Of a DNA stretch of 64,000 nucleotides, positions 25,660-35,060 are shown one piece after another (within the stretch, counting starts at the first letter, position 1; each line of letters starts with the position of its first letter). The DNA comes from an uncultured Eubacteriales bacterium. GTDB lineage: Bacteria > Bacillota > Clostridia > Oscillospirales > CAG-272. The stretch spans positions 17,889 to 81,888 of the forward strand of contig CAKSLQ010000008.1 in the NCBI GenBank assembly GCA_934467415.1, in the 5' to 3' direction. A program made the translations under genes and the position numbers. Under the pieces are notes generated by a model. It was given only the letters and a program-made list of their open reading frames with translations, searched no databases and had not been told where the DNA came from.

Positions 25660-25692
25660 CAAACCAAAAAGCACCCGTGGTGGGTGCTTTTT
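25660..25692. repeat. 33-bp direct repeat B (bidirectional terminator hairpin)
   Basis: Identical to 24803-24835. Lies between the convergent SLOG gene and the hydrolase gene. Confidence 0.85.
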
Positions 25693-25693
25693 G

Positions 25694-26419
25694 TTATGCT
25701 TTTTCGGGGATGGCGGCGAGGATATACGCGGCGTACTTCTCCTTGGCGGCGAGGGTCAGGCTGCAATGCCCGCGCCCCTCGACGACGTCGTAGGTGACGC
25801 GCCGCCCCGCCGCGCGGAGCGCGGGGACGAGTTTGTCCGAATGCAGCGCCTTCGGCACGACGCGGTCCTCGGTGCAATGGAAGATGTGATAGTCCGCATC
25901 CGGCATCCTGTCCGCGAGATGCAGCGGCGACAGCGACTCTAACGCCGCATCGAAGCTGCCGGGATAGCCGTAAACCGCGCTGTAGAACGAGCGGGGCAGA
26001 TCCTCGCGCGCGTTCCAATGCCCGACCATATCGCAGACCGGGCAGTTTGCCACGCAGGCGACCGGCGTGCGCTTTGCATACACCATGTAGGTGAGCGCGC
26101 CCTGCCCGCCCATGCTGCCGCCCGAGGCGACGATGGGCGTGCTGTCGGGCAGCCCGTAGTGTGCAAACAGCACGTCCAGCACCTCGTCGGTATAATCCAC
26201 CGCCTGCCGGTTCATGCGGTTCCACGGATTGTTATACGGATAGACATAGAGAATCCCGCGGTCGCCGTAGAACTCACCCTCGACCGGGTCCTCCGTGTAG
26301 CGCGTCTGATTGCCGAAGCCGAAGAACGCGACGACCACGCCGCGGATCGGCTGCTTGCAGATTTTATCGTTGACGTAGGCATACCACCGGAGGGTCTCGT
26401 AGGTCATAATGCGTTCCAT
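25694..26419 (-). CDS. Alpha/beta-hydrolase (S9/esterase-like), paralog A
   Basis: Nucleophile elbow GGSMGG, C-terminal GHC (His of the triad). The start is uncertain: ATG at 26419 or 26407, while the track uses TTG at 26425. Confidence 0.7.
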   Translation of the reverse strand: MERIMTYETLRWYAYVNDKICKQPIRGVVVAFFGFGNQTRYTEDPVEGEFYGDRGILYVYPYNNPWNRMNRQAVDYTDEVLDVLFAHYGLPDSTPIVASGGSMGGQGALTYMVYAKRTPVACVANCPVCDMVGHWNAREDLPRSFYSAVYGYPGSFDAALESLSPLHLADRMPDADYHIFHCTEDRVVPKALHSDKLVPALRAAGRRVTYDVVEGRGHCSLTLAAKEKYAAYILAAIPEKA

Positions 26420-26421
26420 GG

Positions 26422-29034
26422 TCAACCCAGCTTTGCCAGCGCTTCTTCCAGCCCGCGGCGAACCTCGCGGTACTTTTCGAGCTTCTGCCGCTCGCCCTCG
26501 ATGACGGCGGCGGGCGCTTTGGAGGTGAAGCCCTCGCCCGCGAGCTTGGCCTCGACGCGCTTAATTTCATTTGCGTTCTTTTCCAGCTCGGCCGTGAGGC
26601 GCTTGCGCTCGGCCTCAAAGTCGATCATATCGGCAAGCGGGATATAGGCCGTCGCGCTGTCGGTGATGATCTGCACGGCGGTGGTGTCGGCATAGCTGTC
26701 CGCAAGCGCCACCTCAGACGCACCCGCGAGCTTCTGGAAGAAGGGCGCGGCGGCGGCAAAGGTCTCGGTGCTCTTGGTGACGATATAGAGCTTGGCGCGG
26801 CGGGAGGGGGCGACGCCCATCTCGGTGCGGCGCGCGCGGATCGCCTTGATGAGGGCGATGATCTTCTCCATCTCGGCGGCCTCGGCGTCGAAATGCAGCG
26901 CCGGGTTCTCGCGCGGGAAGGTCGAGATCATGATGCTCTCGGCATCGCGCGGCAGCTTCTGATAGATTTCCTCCGTGATGAACGGCATGAAGGGATGCAG
27001 GAGTTTGAGCGTCTCGGAGAGAACATAGGCGATGACATTCTGCGCCGTCTTGTCGCCTGCGGCGAGGCGGGGCTTGCAGAGCTCGATATACCAGTCGCAG
27101 AACATATCCCAGACGAAGTCGTAGATGTTTGCAAGCGAGACGCCGACCTCGTAGTGATCGAGGTTCTGGAAGACGTTGGCCGCGAGGTCGTTGAGCTTAT
27201 CGAGGATCCACTTGTCCTCGAGCGCGAGGTCGGCGGCATCCGGCAGCTTCACCTCGTCGATGTCGAGGTTCATGAGGACGAAGCGCGCCGCGTTCCACAG
27301 TTTGTTGGCAAAGTTGCGCGCCGCCTCGATCTTTTCGTCCGAGAAGCGCATGTCGTTGCCGGGCGCGTTGCCGGTGGCCAGCGCAAAGCGGAGCGCGTCC
27401 GCGCCGTATTTGTCGATGACCTCGAGCGGGTCGATGCCGTTGCCGAGCGACTTGGACATCTTTCTGCCCTTGGCATCGCGGACGAGGCCGTGGATGAAGA
27501 CCGTGGAGAACGGCTCCTTGCCCATGTGTTCAAGCCCCGAGAAGATCATGCGCGCGACCCAGAAGAAGATGATGTCATAGCCGGTGACCAGCACCGAGGT
27601 GGGATAGTACTTTGCAAGCTCGGGCGTCTTATCCGGCCAGCCGAGCGTGGAGAACGGCCAGAGCGCCGAGGAGAACCAGGTGTCCAGCACGTCGCTCTCC
27701 TGCGTCATGCGGCCGCCGCACTTCGGGCAGGTGTCCACATCGGTCTTGGAGACGACCATCTCGCCGCACGCCGAGCAGTAGTACGCGGGGATGCGGTGTC
27801 CCCACCAGAGCTGGCGCGAAATGCACCAGTCGTGGACATTTTCCATCCAGTTGGTGTAGATTTTGGTGAAGCGCTCCGGCTCAAAGCGGACGCGGCCGTC
27901 GCGGACGACCTCGAGCGCCGGCTCGGCAAGCGGCTGCATCCTGACAAACCACTGATTGGAGATGATCGGCTCGACCGTCGTGCCGCAGCGGTAGCAGGTG
28001 CCGACATTGTGCGTGTGCGGCTCCACCTTGATGAGGTAGCCCCCGGCCTCGAGGTCGGCGACGAGCGCCTTCCGCGCTTCGTAGCGGTCCATGCCCTCGT
28101 ATTTGCCGCCGTACTTGTTGATGGTGGCGTCGTCGTTCATGACCTTGATCTGTTCCAGCCCGTGGCGCTGCCCGACGAGGAAGTCGTTCGGGTCGTGGGC
28201 GGGCGTGATCTTCACGCAGCCCGTGCCGAAGCCGATCTCGACATAGTCGTCGGCGATGACCGGGATCTCGCGGCCGACGATCGGCAAAATCAGCGTCTTG
28301 CCGACAAGGTCGGTGTAGCGCTCGTCATTCGGGTTGACGGCGACGGCGGTATCGCCGAACATCGTTTCGGGGCGCGTGGTGGCAATCTCGACATACTTGT
28401 CGCTGCCCTTGATCGGGTACTTGATGTGCCAGAAATGGCCTGCCTGCTCGCTGTACTCGACCTCCGCGTCGGAGAGGGCGGTCGTGCAGTGCGGACACCA
28501 GTTGATGATGCGGTTGCCGCGGTAGATCAGCCCTTTTTCATAGAGGTTGACAAAGACCTCCTTGACCGCGCGGGAGCAGCCCTCGTCCATCGTAAAGCGC
28601 TCGCGCGTCCAGTCGCAGGACGTGCCGAGCTTCTTCAGCTGATTGATGATGCGGCTGCCGTACTGATGCTTCCAGTCCCAGACGCGCTCGAGAAACTTCT
28701 CGCGGCCGAGGTCGTAGCGGGTGAGGTTCTCGTTCTTGCGCAGCTGCTCCTCCACCTTGATCTGCGTGGCGATGCCCGCATGGTCGGTGCCCGGCACCCA
28801 CAGCGTGCTGAAGCCCTGCATCCGCTTGTAGCGGACGAGGATGTCCTGGAGCGTCTCGTCGAGCGCATGGCCCATGTGGAGCTGGCCCGTGACGTTCGGA
28901 GGCGGGATGACGACCGAGAACGGCGGCTTGCCGTCGTTCACATCGGGGGTAAAATAGCCCTTGTCGCACCAATTCTGATAGATTCTGTCTTCAAATTCGC
29001 GCGGGGCATAGGTCTTTGCGAGTTCGCTTTTCAT
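26422..29034 (-). CDS. valS: Valine--tRNA ligase
   Basis: 870 aa. HIGH-type motif (LHMGHA), KMSKS, C-terminal coiled coil. Confidence 0.95.
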   Translation of the reverse strand: MKSELAKTYAPREFEDRIYQNWCDKGYFTPDVNDGKPPFSVVIPPPNVTGQLHMGHALDETLQDILVRYKRMQGFSTLWVPGTDHAGIATQIKVEEQLRKNENLTRYDLGREKFLERVWDWKHQYGSRIINQLKKLGTSCDWTRERFTMDEGCSRAVKEVFVNLYEKGLIYRGNRIINWCPHCTTALSDAEVEYSEQAGHFWHIKYPIKGSDKYVEIATTRPETMFGDTAVAVNPNDERYTDLVGKTLILPIVGREIPVIADDYVEIGFGTGCVKITPAHDPNDFLVGQRHGLEQIKVMNDDATINKYGGKYEGMDRYEARKALVADLEAGGYLIKVEPHTHNVGTCYRCGTTVEPIISNQWFVRMQPLAEPALEVVRDGRVRFEPERFTKIYTNWMENVHDWCISRQLWWGHRIPAYYCSACGEMVVSKTDVDTCPKCGGRMTQESDVLDTWFSSALWPFSTLGWPDKTPELAKYYPTSVLVTGYDIIFFWVARMIFSGLEHMGKEPFSTVFIHGLVRDAKGRKMSKSLGNGIDPLEVIDKYGADALRFALATGNAPGNDMRFSDEKIEAARNFANKLWNAARFVLMNLDIDEVKLPDAADLALEDKWILDKLNDLAANVFQNLDHYEVGVSLANIYDFVWDMFCDWYIELCKPRLAAGDKTAQNVIAYVLSETLKLLHPFMPFITEEIYQKLPRDAESIMISTFPRENPALHFDAEAAEMEKIIALIKAIRARRTEMGVAPSRRAKLYIVTKSTETFAAAAPFFQKLAGASEVALADSYADTTAVQIITDSATAYIPLADMIDFEAERKRLTAELEKNANEIKRVEAKLAGEGFTSKAPAAVIEGERQKLEKYREVRRGLEEALAKLG

Positions 29035-29061
29035 ATCTTTCTCCTTAACGGTTATTTTACA

Positions 29062-29290
29062 AAATAAAAAGCGCCCTGAACGAAGTCAGGGCGCAAAAAG
29101 CGCGGTACCACCTGGATTTATCACTCATGCCCGATAACGGGGGCGCACGTCGGACTCTACTTGTCTCCGTTCTGTCCGAGGCTCGGGGGCGACCTTCTCC
29201 GGCGGCGCACATACGCGTCTTTCACCGACCGACGCGCTCTCTGCATGGCGCACGCACGGGTACTCCTCCCCGTCGTTGCCGCTTTTAGAA
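29062..29290 (-). promoter_or_regulatory. T-box riboswitch leader of valS
   Basis: Minus strand shows AGAGAG...GGTGAAA (stem I AG bulge and distal loop), the T-box sequence aaatccaGGTGGTACCGCG (29101-29119), and terminator gcgccctgacttcgttcagggcgc + ttttt (29071-29094). GUC lies in the specifier region (gaagGUCg), but the register is not fixed. Confidence 0.85.
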
Positions 29291-29291
29291 A

Positions 29292-29320
29292 AGTGTAGCA
29301 CAAAGTGATAGGCTTGTCAA
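29292..29320 (-). promoter_or_regulatory. Promoter of the valS T-box leader
   Basis: Minus strand reads TTGACA-17 nt-TACACT. Confidence 0.6.
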
Positions 29321-29362
29321 GGATTTTCTTGCATACAGTTTCACGCGTTCCCGCGCGTTTTT

Positions 29363-30088
29363 TCAGTCCTCAAACATCCTGTCCATCAGCCAGGCGTGCT
29401 CCACCGCGCGCGCCTCCGCGCCGATGTTGCAGTGCCCGGCGTGCGGGTATTCGGCGACATCGACGGTGTAGCCCGCCTCGCGCAGGAGCGGGATCAGCTT
29501 CATCGAATGCTGCGAGGGCGCAAGCACGCCGTCCTGCATCCCGACGGCAAAGCGGTAGGGAATGCGCTTCAGGCGGCCGACCATGTTGACCGGCGAATTG
29601 TCGTGCAAAAACGCCGTAAAGTCATCGCAGTACCCCATCGTCGCCTCGAACAGCGTGTGCAGAATGGAATTTTTGTTGCAGAGCACCTCATATTCGAGGT
29701 TGCAGCAGGGACAGTTGAGGTCGCCCGCAACGATGTTGTGCTTCGACTGCATGGCGTAATGGAAGACCGAATAGCCGCCCATGCTGCCGCCGTACAGGCC
29801 GACCGGCGCGTCTGTCGGAATGTGCCATTTCTCCATCGCGATCTCCACCAGCATGTCGCAGAAAGCGACGGTGTCGCGGTTCATCCAGCTCCACGGGTTG
29901 TAGCAGGGCGTGATATAGAGGATGTTCCGCGCCGCAGCGGCGGGCGCGTCGATCATATCCGGGCCGGGGTTGACGATGTGCCCGAGCCCGTTGAAATAGA
30001 GGATGATCCCGCGGATGTCACCGTGAATCAGCTCGATATTCGTGCAGCAGAAGCGGTCGTAATGTGCGGATAAAAATTGCTTGTCCAT
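29363..30088 (-). CDS. Alpha/beta-hydrolase (S9/esterase-like), paralog B
   Basis: GGSMGG and GHC. Shares blocks with paralog A: IRG, ILY..P.YNPW..MNR, NCP.C. Confidence 0.7.
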   Translation of the reverse strand: MDKQFLSAHYDRFCCTNIELIHGDIRGIILYFNGLGHIVNPGPDMIDAPAAAARNILYITPCYNPWSWMNRDTVAFCDMLVEIAMEKWHIPTDAPVGLYGGSMGGYSVFHYAMQSKHNIVAGDLNCPCCNLEYEVLCNKNSILHTLFEATMGYCDDFTAFLHDNSPVNMVGRLKRIPYRFAVGMQDGVLAPSQHSMKLIPLLREAGYTVDVAEYPHAGHCNIGAEARAVEHAWLMDRMFED

Positions 30089-30112
30089 GATGTTGTCCTC
30101 TGTGATGTAATT

Positions 30113-30447
30113 TAGGCTTCCCCCTTGGAGGAAGAGCGGTATGTTTTACAAATATGCATGGTATTGTATCTCTTTAGCCCCCTCGGTGAGGGGGCTGTCA
30201 CCGATAGGTGACTGGGGGAGTTTTGCTCTCTGCAAGACTCCTTCCGGCACGCGTTGCCGTGATGTTTTTCGAAGGAAAACTCATGAGGAACGCATCGCGT
30301 TCCGTGCCACACTCCCTCACCGAGGGAGGTAAAAAGATTTGCCCGCGTACATTTGCGGTGGGAGCGAGACGGCGCCCTACGGTGAAAATGATGTGCCATG
30401 CACAAAATTTTATACAAATCGGTAGGGGTCGGCGCCTCGACGACCCG
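30113..30447. repeat. Mosaic hairpin-repeat cluster (locus L3)
   Basis: Contains ggcttcccccttggaggaag, a TIR-bounded unit at 30174-30330 (tttagccccctcggtgaggg ... ccctcaccgagggaggt), and the module gggagcgagacggcgccctacggt...cggtaggggtcggcgcctcgacgaccc. Confidence 0.85.
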
Positions 30448-30459
30448 TTACCGAAAAAC

Positions 30460-30858
30460 CTATTCCTCAAACGCTTTTGTCAGCAGCGCATTGAGGCGGG
30501 CTTCGTTGCCCGCAAGCCAAAGCGCGGCGCAGAGCGTCTCAAAGCCGCTTGCCGTGCGGTATTCCGCCCCCGACGCCGAGCGCGGCACCGACAGGTGCGG
30601 CGAATTGCGCCCGCGGCGGAAATACGCCGTTTCTTCCTCGGTCAGCATCCCCTCGATGCGGCGGAACGCCGCGCACTGGTTCTTCGCCGTCACATAGCGG
30701 CGGGACGCCTCGTTCAGCGCACCCGTCCCTTTGATGCCCGACAGCAGCAGCCGACGGCGCACCCAAAGCTCAAACACGCAGTCGCCGAGATAGGCCAGCG
30801 ACGCGCCGTCCGCCGTGCGGAGCAATTCTTCCCCGCTCACTTGACAAACCCCTGCCAA
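30460..30858 (-). CDS. mrnC: Mini-ribonuclease 3
   Basis: RNase III-like signature LAYLGDCVFELWVR. A GTG at 30840 overlapping the uppP stop (GTGA) is an alternative start. Confidence 0.8.
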   Translation of the reverse strand: MAGVCQVSGEELLRTADGASLAYLGDCVFELWVRRRLLLSGIKGTGALNEASRRYVTAKNQCAAFRRIEGMLTEEETAYFRRGRNSPHLSVPRSASGAEYRTASGFETLCAALWLAGNEARLNALLTKAFEE

Positions 30859-31721
30859 AGCAGCACGATCACGCCGAGCACGATGCGGTAGATGCCGAAC
30901 GCGGTGAAGCTGTGCTTCTTGACGAAGTCCATGAGGAAGCGGATGGCCGCCAGCGAAACGACGAACGCCACGATGCAGCCGACCGCGAGGATCATCGCCT
31001 CATAGCCGCCGAACACCTCCGCGCCGGACGCGACCAGACCCGCAAACTTCACGCCCTTGAGCAGCGACGCGCCGAGCATGACCGGCACGGCGAGGAAGAA
31101 CGAGAACTCCGCCGCCGCGGGGCGCGAGACCGAGAGGATCGACGCGCCGAGGATGGTCGAGCCGGAGCGCGACGTGCCCGGCACGAGCGAAAGCATCTGA
31201 AACGCGCCGATGCCGAGCGCCGTGCCGTAACCGATGTCCTCCGCCGTGTTCATCCCGAAGGTCTTGCCGCGGTGCAGCCGCTCCACGACGATGAACAGCA
31301 CGCCGTAGACAATCAGCGCAAACGAAACGCAGACCGGGTTGTAAAAATGTGCGTCAAACCAGTCATTCAAGAGTACGCCGACCGCCCCGGCGGGCACGGC
31401 CGCGATCAGCACATGCAGCCAGAGCACCATGGTGCGCCGCTTGATGCCGACCTTGCCGACACCGCAGAGCAGGTCGCCGCCCCCGATGTTTTTCCGCAGG
31501 GCAAAGGGCCACAGCCGCGAAAAATACAGCACCACGACCGCGAGGATCGAGCCGAGCTGGATCACCACCTCAAACATCTCCCAGAACGCGTCGCTCACGT
31601 TGAGGTGTACGAGGTCGTTCAGAAGAATCATATGCCCCGTGCTGGAGATCGGCAGCCACTCGGTGATGCCCTGCACGATGCCGATCAGAATCGCCTTCAG
31701 AAATTCGATAACCGTTTCCAT
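30837..31721 (-). CDS. uppP: Undecaprenyl-diphosphate phosphatase
   Basis: GITEWLPISSTGH motif. 8-TM protein of 294 aa. Confidence 0.9.
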   Translation of the reverse strand: METVIEFLKAILIGIVQGITEWLPISSTGHMILLNDLVHLNVSDAFWEMFEVVIQLGSILAVVVLYFSRLWPFALRKNIGGGDLLCGVGKVGIKRRTMVLWLHVLIAAVPAGAVGVLLNDWFDAHFYNPVCVSFALIVYGVLFIVVERLHRGKTFGMNTAEDIGYGTALGIGAFQMLSLVPGTSRSGSTILGASILSVSRPAAAEFSFFLAVPVMLGASLLKGVKFAGLVASGAEVFGGYEAMILAVGCIVAFVVSLAAIRFLMDFVKKHSFTAFGIYRIVLGVIVLLWQGFVK

Positions 31722-31722
31722 A

Positions 31723-32958
31723 TCAGTTGCTCCCTCTTAAAATGTCGCCCGCTCTGACCGCAAAGGGTACGCGCAGGCTGAAAATCATGCCGGGATGCGG
31801 CGCGCTTTCGATCGGTGCGCCCGCCTCGTCGCAAAGCGCGCAGGCGGTGAAGGCCCGGCCGACCGTGCCGGGCGAGATCAGCTCGACCGTCTCCCCCTCC
31901 GTGACCTTGTTGCGCTGCACAAAGGTCGCGCGGCCGCTCTCCGCGTCGTAGCCGAGCGCGGTGGCGATGTAGGCCTTCTCGCGGATGTAGCCCATGTTCT
32001 TGCAGACGTTGGCCGCCTCGCGCGGGGTGTCAAACCAGTAGCCCGTGCCGTAGTCGCGGTGGCTGACGCTCTCCAGTTCGCGAAGGAGCCGCGGATCAAA
32101 GCGGTAGTCCACGCCATCACGCAGGTACGCGTCAATCGCCATGCGGTAGGCGTTTGTGACGACGGCGGTATAGTAGGCGCTTTTCATGCGCCCTTCGATC
32201 TTGAAGCTGGTGATCCCTGCGTCCACAAGCGCCGGCACATGCTCGATCATGCACATGTCGCGCGAGGACATCACAAAGGTGCCATCCTTATCTTCGTAGA
32301 GCGGCATCGGCGCGTCCGGGCGCTTCTCCTCGACGACCTCGAGCGTGCGGTAGTTCCAGCGGCAGGGCTGGGCGCAGGCGCCGCGGTTGGAATCCCGGCC
32401 CGTGAAGAAATTGGAGAGCAGACAGCGCCCGCTGTAGGAGACGCACATCGCACCGTGGATGAAGCACTCGATCTCGGTGTCCGGCACATCGTGCACGATT
32501 TCGGCGACCTCGGAAAGCGTCAGCTCGCGCGCAAGCACCACGCGGGAAGCGCCGAGTGCGCGCCAGGCGCGCACGTCCGCCGTGCTGACCGAGGAGGCCT
32601 GCGTCGAGATGTGCAGCTCCGCCTCGGGCAGCAGCGCCTTCGCCGTCTCCAGCACGCCGAGGTCACTGACGATCAGCGCGTCGATCCCGCTGCCGCGCAG
32701 CGAGGCGAGGTAATCCCGCAGCGCGGGGTATTCCGCCGTGCGCGGCATGGTGTTGACCGTGAGATAGGCGCGCGCGCCGTGCGCGTGCGTGTATGCCACC
32801 GCCTCGAAGATCTCCGCCACGGTGAAGTTGCCCGCCGCCGCGCGCATACCAAACATATCTCCGGCAAAATACACCGCGTCCGCCCCGTAGAGCAGCGCGG
32901 CCTTCAGTTTTTCAAAATTGCCCGCAGGTGCGAGCAGCTCGGGCTTTTTTTGCAACAT
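31723..32958 (-). CDS. U32-family peptidase-like protein
   Basis: KPELLAPAGN N-terminus and the U32 signature E.FIHGAMCVSYSGRCLLS. Start at MLQKKPE; the track extends to 32976. Confidence 0.85.
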   Translation of the reverse strand: MLQKKPELLAPAGNFEKLKAALLYGADAVYFAGDMFGMRAAAGNFTVAEIFEAVAYTHAHGARAYLTVNTMPRTAEYPALRDYLASLRGSGIDALIVSDLGVLETAKALLPEAELHISTQASSVSTADVRAWRALGASRVVLARELTLSEVAEIVHDVPDTEIECFIHGAMCVSYSGRCLLSNFFTGRDSNRGACAQPCRWNYRTLEVVEEKRPDAPMPLYEDKDGTFVMSSRDMCMIEHVPALVDAGITSFKIEGRMKSAYYTAVVTNAYRMAIDAYLRDGVDYRFDPRLLRELESVSHRDYGTGYWFDTPREAANVCKNMGYIREKAYIATALGYDAESGRATFVQRNKVTEGETVELISPGTVGRAFTACALCDEAGAPIESAPHPGMIFSLRVPFAVRAGDILRGSN

Positions 32959-33040
32959 GCATACCCCCGAAAACAAATTCTCATCTTATCATACTATACC
33001 GCCGCCGCAAAGTCAAGAAAAGTCGGAAGCGGATAAGGAA

Positions 33041-33440
33041 AGGCTCAAGGCCGGGGAGAGGGACGGCGCGGGTCGTCGAGGGCGCCGACCCCTACCGGTT
33101 GGCGAAAAATTTATGCACCGCACACCATCTTACCGCACGGGCGCCGTCTGTCTCCCGCCGCAAATGTACGCATCTATCTATGCCTCCCTTGTGCAAAGGG
33201 AGTGTGGTACGGAACGCGCTGCGTTCCTAATGAGTTTCCCTTGCGGGAAACATCACGCGCACCGGAGGGATTGTTACATAGCCACGGAACAACCCCTCAG
33301 TCAACTTCGTCAGGATGTTTTTCGGTTTCGCTCGCGAAATCGTCGGTGTTCAGCCGACGAAGAAAAACTCCGCGAGACGCTTTGCGTCTCGTACAGCTCA
33401 CCCCCTTGCACAGGGGAGCCTCTGCAACACCCCTGTGCAA
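33041..33440. repeat. Mosaic hairpin-repeat cluster (locus L4)
   Basis: 33068-33262 is an inverted copy of 30243-30447. 33262-33425 is an inverted copy of 4715-4879. Confidence 0.85.
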
Positions 33441-33540
33441 AAAAGTGCCGCAAAATTCCCTGTTTACTTTTGCGCGCGTATATGGTATATTAAATATGTA
33501 TGGGTATTAAATAAAATGAAAATTCCCATTGAAAATGCTA

Positions 33541-33569
33541 TTGCCCGCAGGGGCGGCATGGCTTACAAT
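33541..33569 (+). promoter_or_regulatory. Promoter of the galactokinase-family gene
   Basis: TTGCCC-17 nt-TACAAT. Confidence 0.5.
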
Positions 33570-33605
33570 AGAATCAAATATCATGTACATAAAGGAGTTG
33601 CTTTC

Positions 33606-34889
33606 ATGAAAACAACCGAACTGGTCCGCAAGATCGAGGGCGGCGAGCTTGACGCCGTCTTTGAAAAGCTCTACGGCGCAAAGGACGCCGGGATGCAGAA
33701 GGCGCGCTATGTCCGCACCATTCACAACTTTGAGGCCGACTACGGCACCGACCGCGACGTCTCGCTCTTCTCCGTCCCCGGCAGAAGCGAGATCTCCGGC
33801 AACCACACCGACCACAACCACGGCTGCGTGCTCGCCGCCGCGATCAATCTCGACATCATCGCCGTTGCGGCGAAGAACGCAGACGGCCTTGTCCGTCTGC
33901 GCAGTGAGGGCTACTCCGAGGACCGCATGACGGTCGCCGAATGCAAGACGCCGAACGCCGACTTCTACTTCAAGTCCCGCGCGCTGATCGCGGGCATGGT
34001 GCAGGGCTTTGTCAACTACGGCCACAGGACCGGCGGCTTTGACGCCTTCACCACCAACAACGTCCACAAGGGCTCGGGGCTTTCTTCCTCCGCGGCGTTT
34101 GAGGTCATGGTTGGCAACATCATCAACCACTTCTACAACGACGGCGGCGTGGACAACGCCGAGGTCGCGCGCATCGCGCAGTTCTCCGAGAACGTGTACT
34201 TCGGTAAGCCCTGCGGCCTGATGGATCAGACCGCCTGCGCGGTCGGCGGCTTTGTCGCCATCGACTTTGCCGACCCGAAGGCGCCGGTCATCGAGCCGCT
34301 TGCCTTCGACATGGCAAAGGCGGGCTACAGCCTCTGCATCACCAACACGGGCGGCAACCACGCCGACCTCAACGAGGACTACGCCTCGGTTCCCGCCGAG
34401 ATGAAGGCGGTCGCCGCGCACTTCGGCAAGACGGTGCTGCGCGACGTGACCAAGGAAGAGATCATCCGCGAGATCCCCGCGCTGCGCAAGACGGTGGGCG
34501 ACCGCGCCATCCTGCGCGCCATCCACTTCGAAAACGAAAACGTCCGCGTCGCCATGCAGAAGAAAGCGCTGCTGGCGGGTGACATCGACACCTTCTTTGG
34601 CGGCGTGCTGGCCTCCGGCGACTCGAGCTACAAGTACCTGCAAAACGTCTTCACCACGAAAAACGTGCGCGAGCAGGGTCTCTCGCTGGCGCTCTGCCTG
34701 ACCGAGGACACGCTCGCCGGAAAGGGCGGCGCATACCGCGTACACGGCGGCGGATTTGCCGGTACGATCCAGGCATTCGTGCCGCACGCCGAGGTCGAGC
34801 ACTACCGCAGCGTGATGAACGCCGCATTCGGCGACGGCGCCTGCGTGGTCATGTCGATCCGTCCCGAGGGCGCAATCAAGGTCTATTAA
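33606..34889 (+). CDS. galK: Galactokinase-family GHMP sugar kinase
   Basis: ATG at 33606 follows AAGGAG. Galactokinase signature-like GRSEISGNHTDHNHGCVLAAAI. GHMP motif GSGLSSSAA. Confidence 0.75.
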   Translation: MKTTELVRKIEGGELDAVFEKLYGAKDAGMQKARYVRTIHNFEADYGTDRDVSLFSVPGRSEISGNHTDHNHGCVLAAAINLDIIAVAAKNADGLVRLRSEGYSEDRMTVAECKTPNADFYFKSRALIAGMVQGFVNYGHRTGGFDAFTTNNVHKGSGLSSSAAFEVMVGNIINHFYNDGGVDNAEVARIAQFSENVYFGKPCGLMDQTACAVGGFVAIDFADPKAPVIEPLAFDMAKAGYSLCITNTGGNHADLNEDYASVPAEMKAVAAHFGKTVLRDVTKEEIIREIPALRKTVGDRAILRAIHFENENVRVAMQKKALLAGDIDTFFGGVLASGDSSYKYLQNVFTTKNVREQGLSLALCLTEDTLAGKGGAYRVHGGGFAGTIQAFVPHAEVEHYRSVMNAAFGDGACVVMSIRPEGAIKVY

Positions 34890-34904
34890 GCTCCGATAAG
34901 AATA

Positions 34905-35021
34905 TGCCTTCCCCGGTGGGGGAAGGGGGACCGCGTCAGCGGTGGATGAGGCGTATGCTGCGCTTTACAGCCCTTCATCCGGCACGGCGACCGCCGCGCC
35001 ACCTTCTCCGCCGGGGAAGGC
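34905..35021. repeat. Hairpin-repeat element (locus L5, same architecture as 49512-49650)
   Basis: gccttccccggtgggggaagg ... gatgagg ... cccttcatcc ... ccaccttctccgccggggaaggc. Confidence 0.75.
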
Positions 35022-35060
35022 TATCTGTTTTGTTCGGATTGATTCGTGAGGTTATCACAT

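Noticed and set aside
29062-29290. Assigning the T-box specifier codon definitively
   Set aside because: The expected region reads gaaGGUCg. GUC (Val) fits valS, but GGU (Gly) is in an alternative register. Without folding stem I, I cannot fix the register, so only the T-box call itself is reported.
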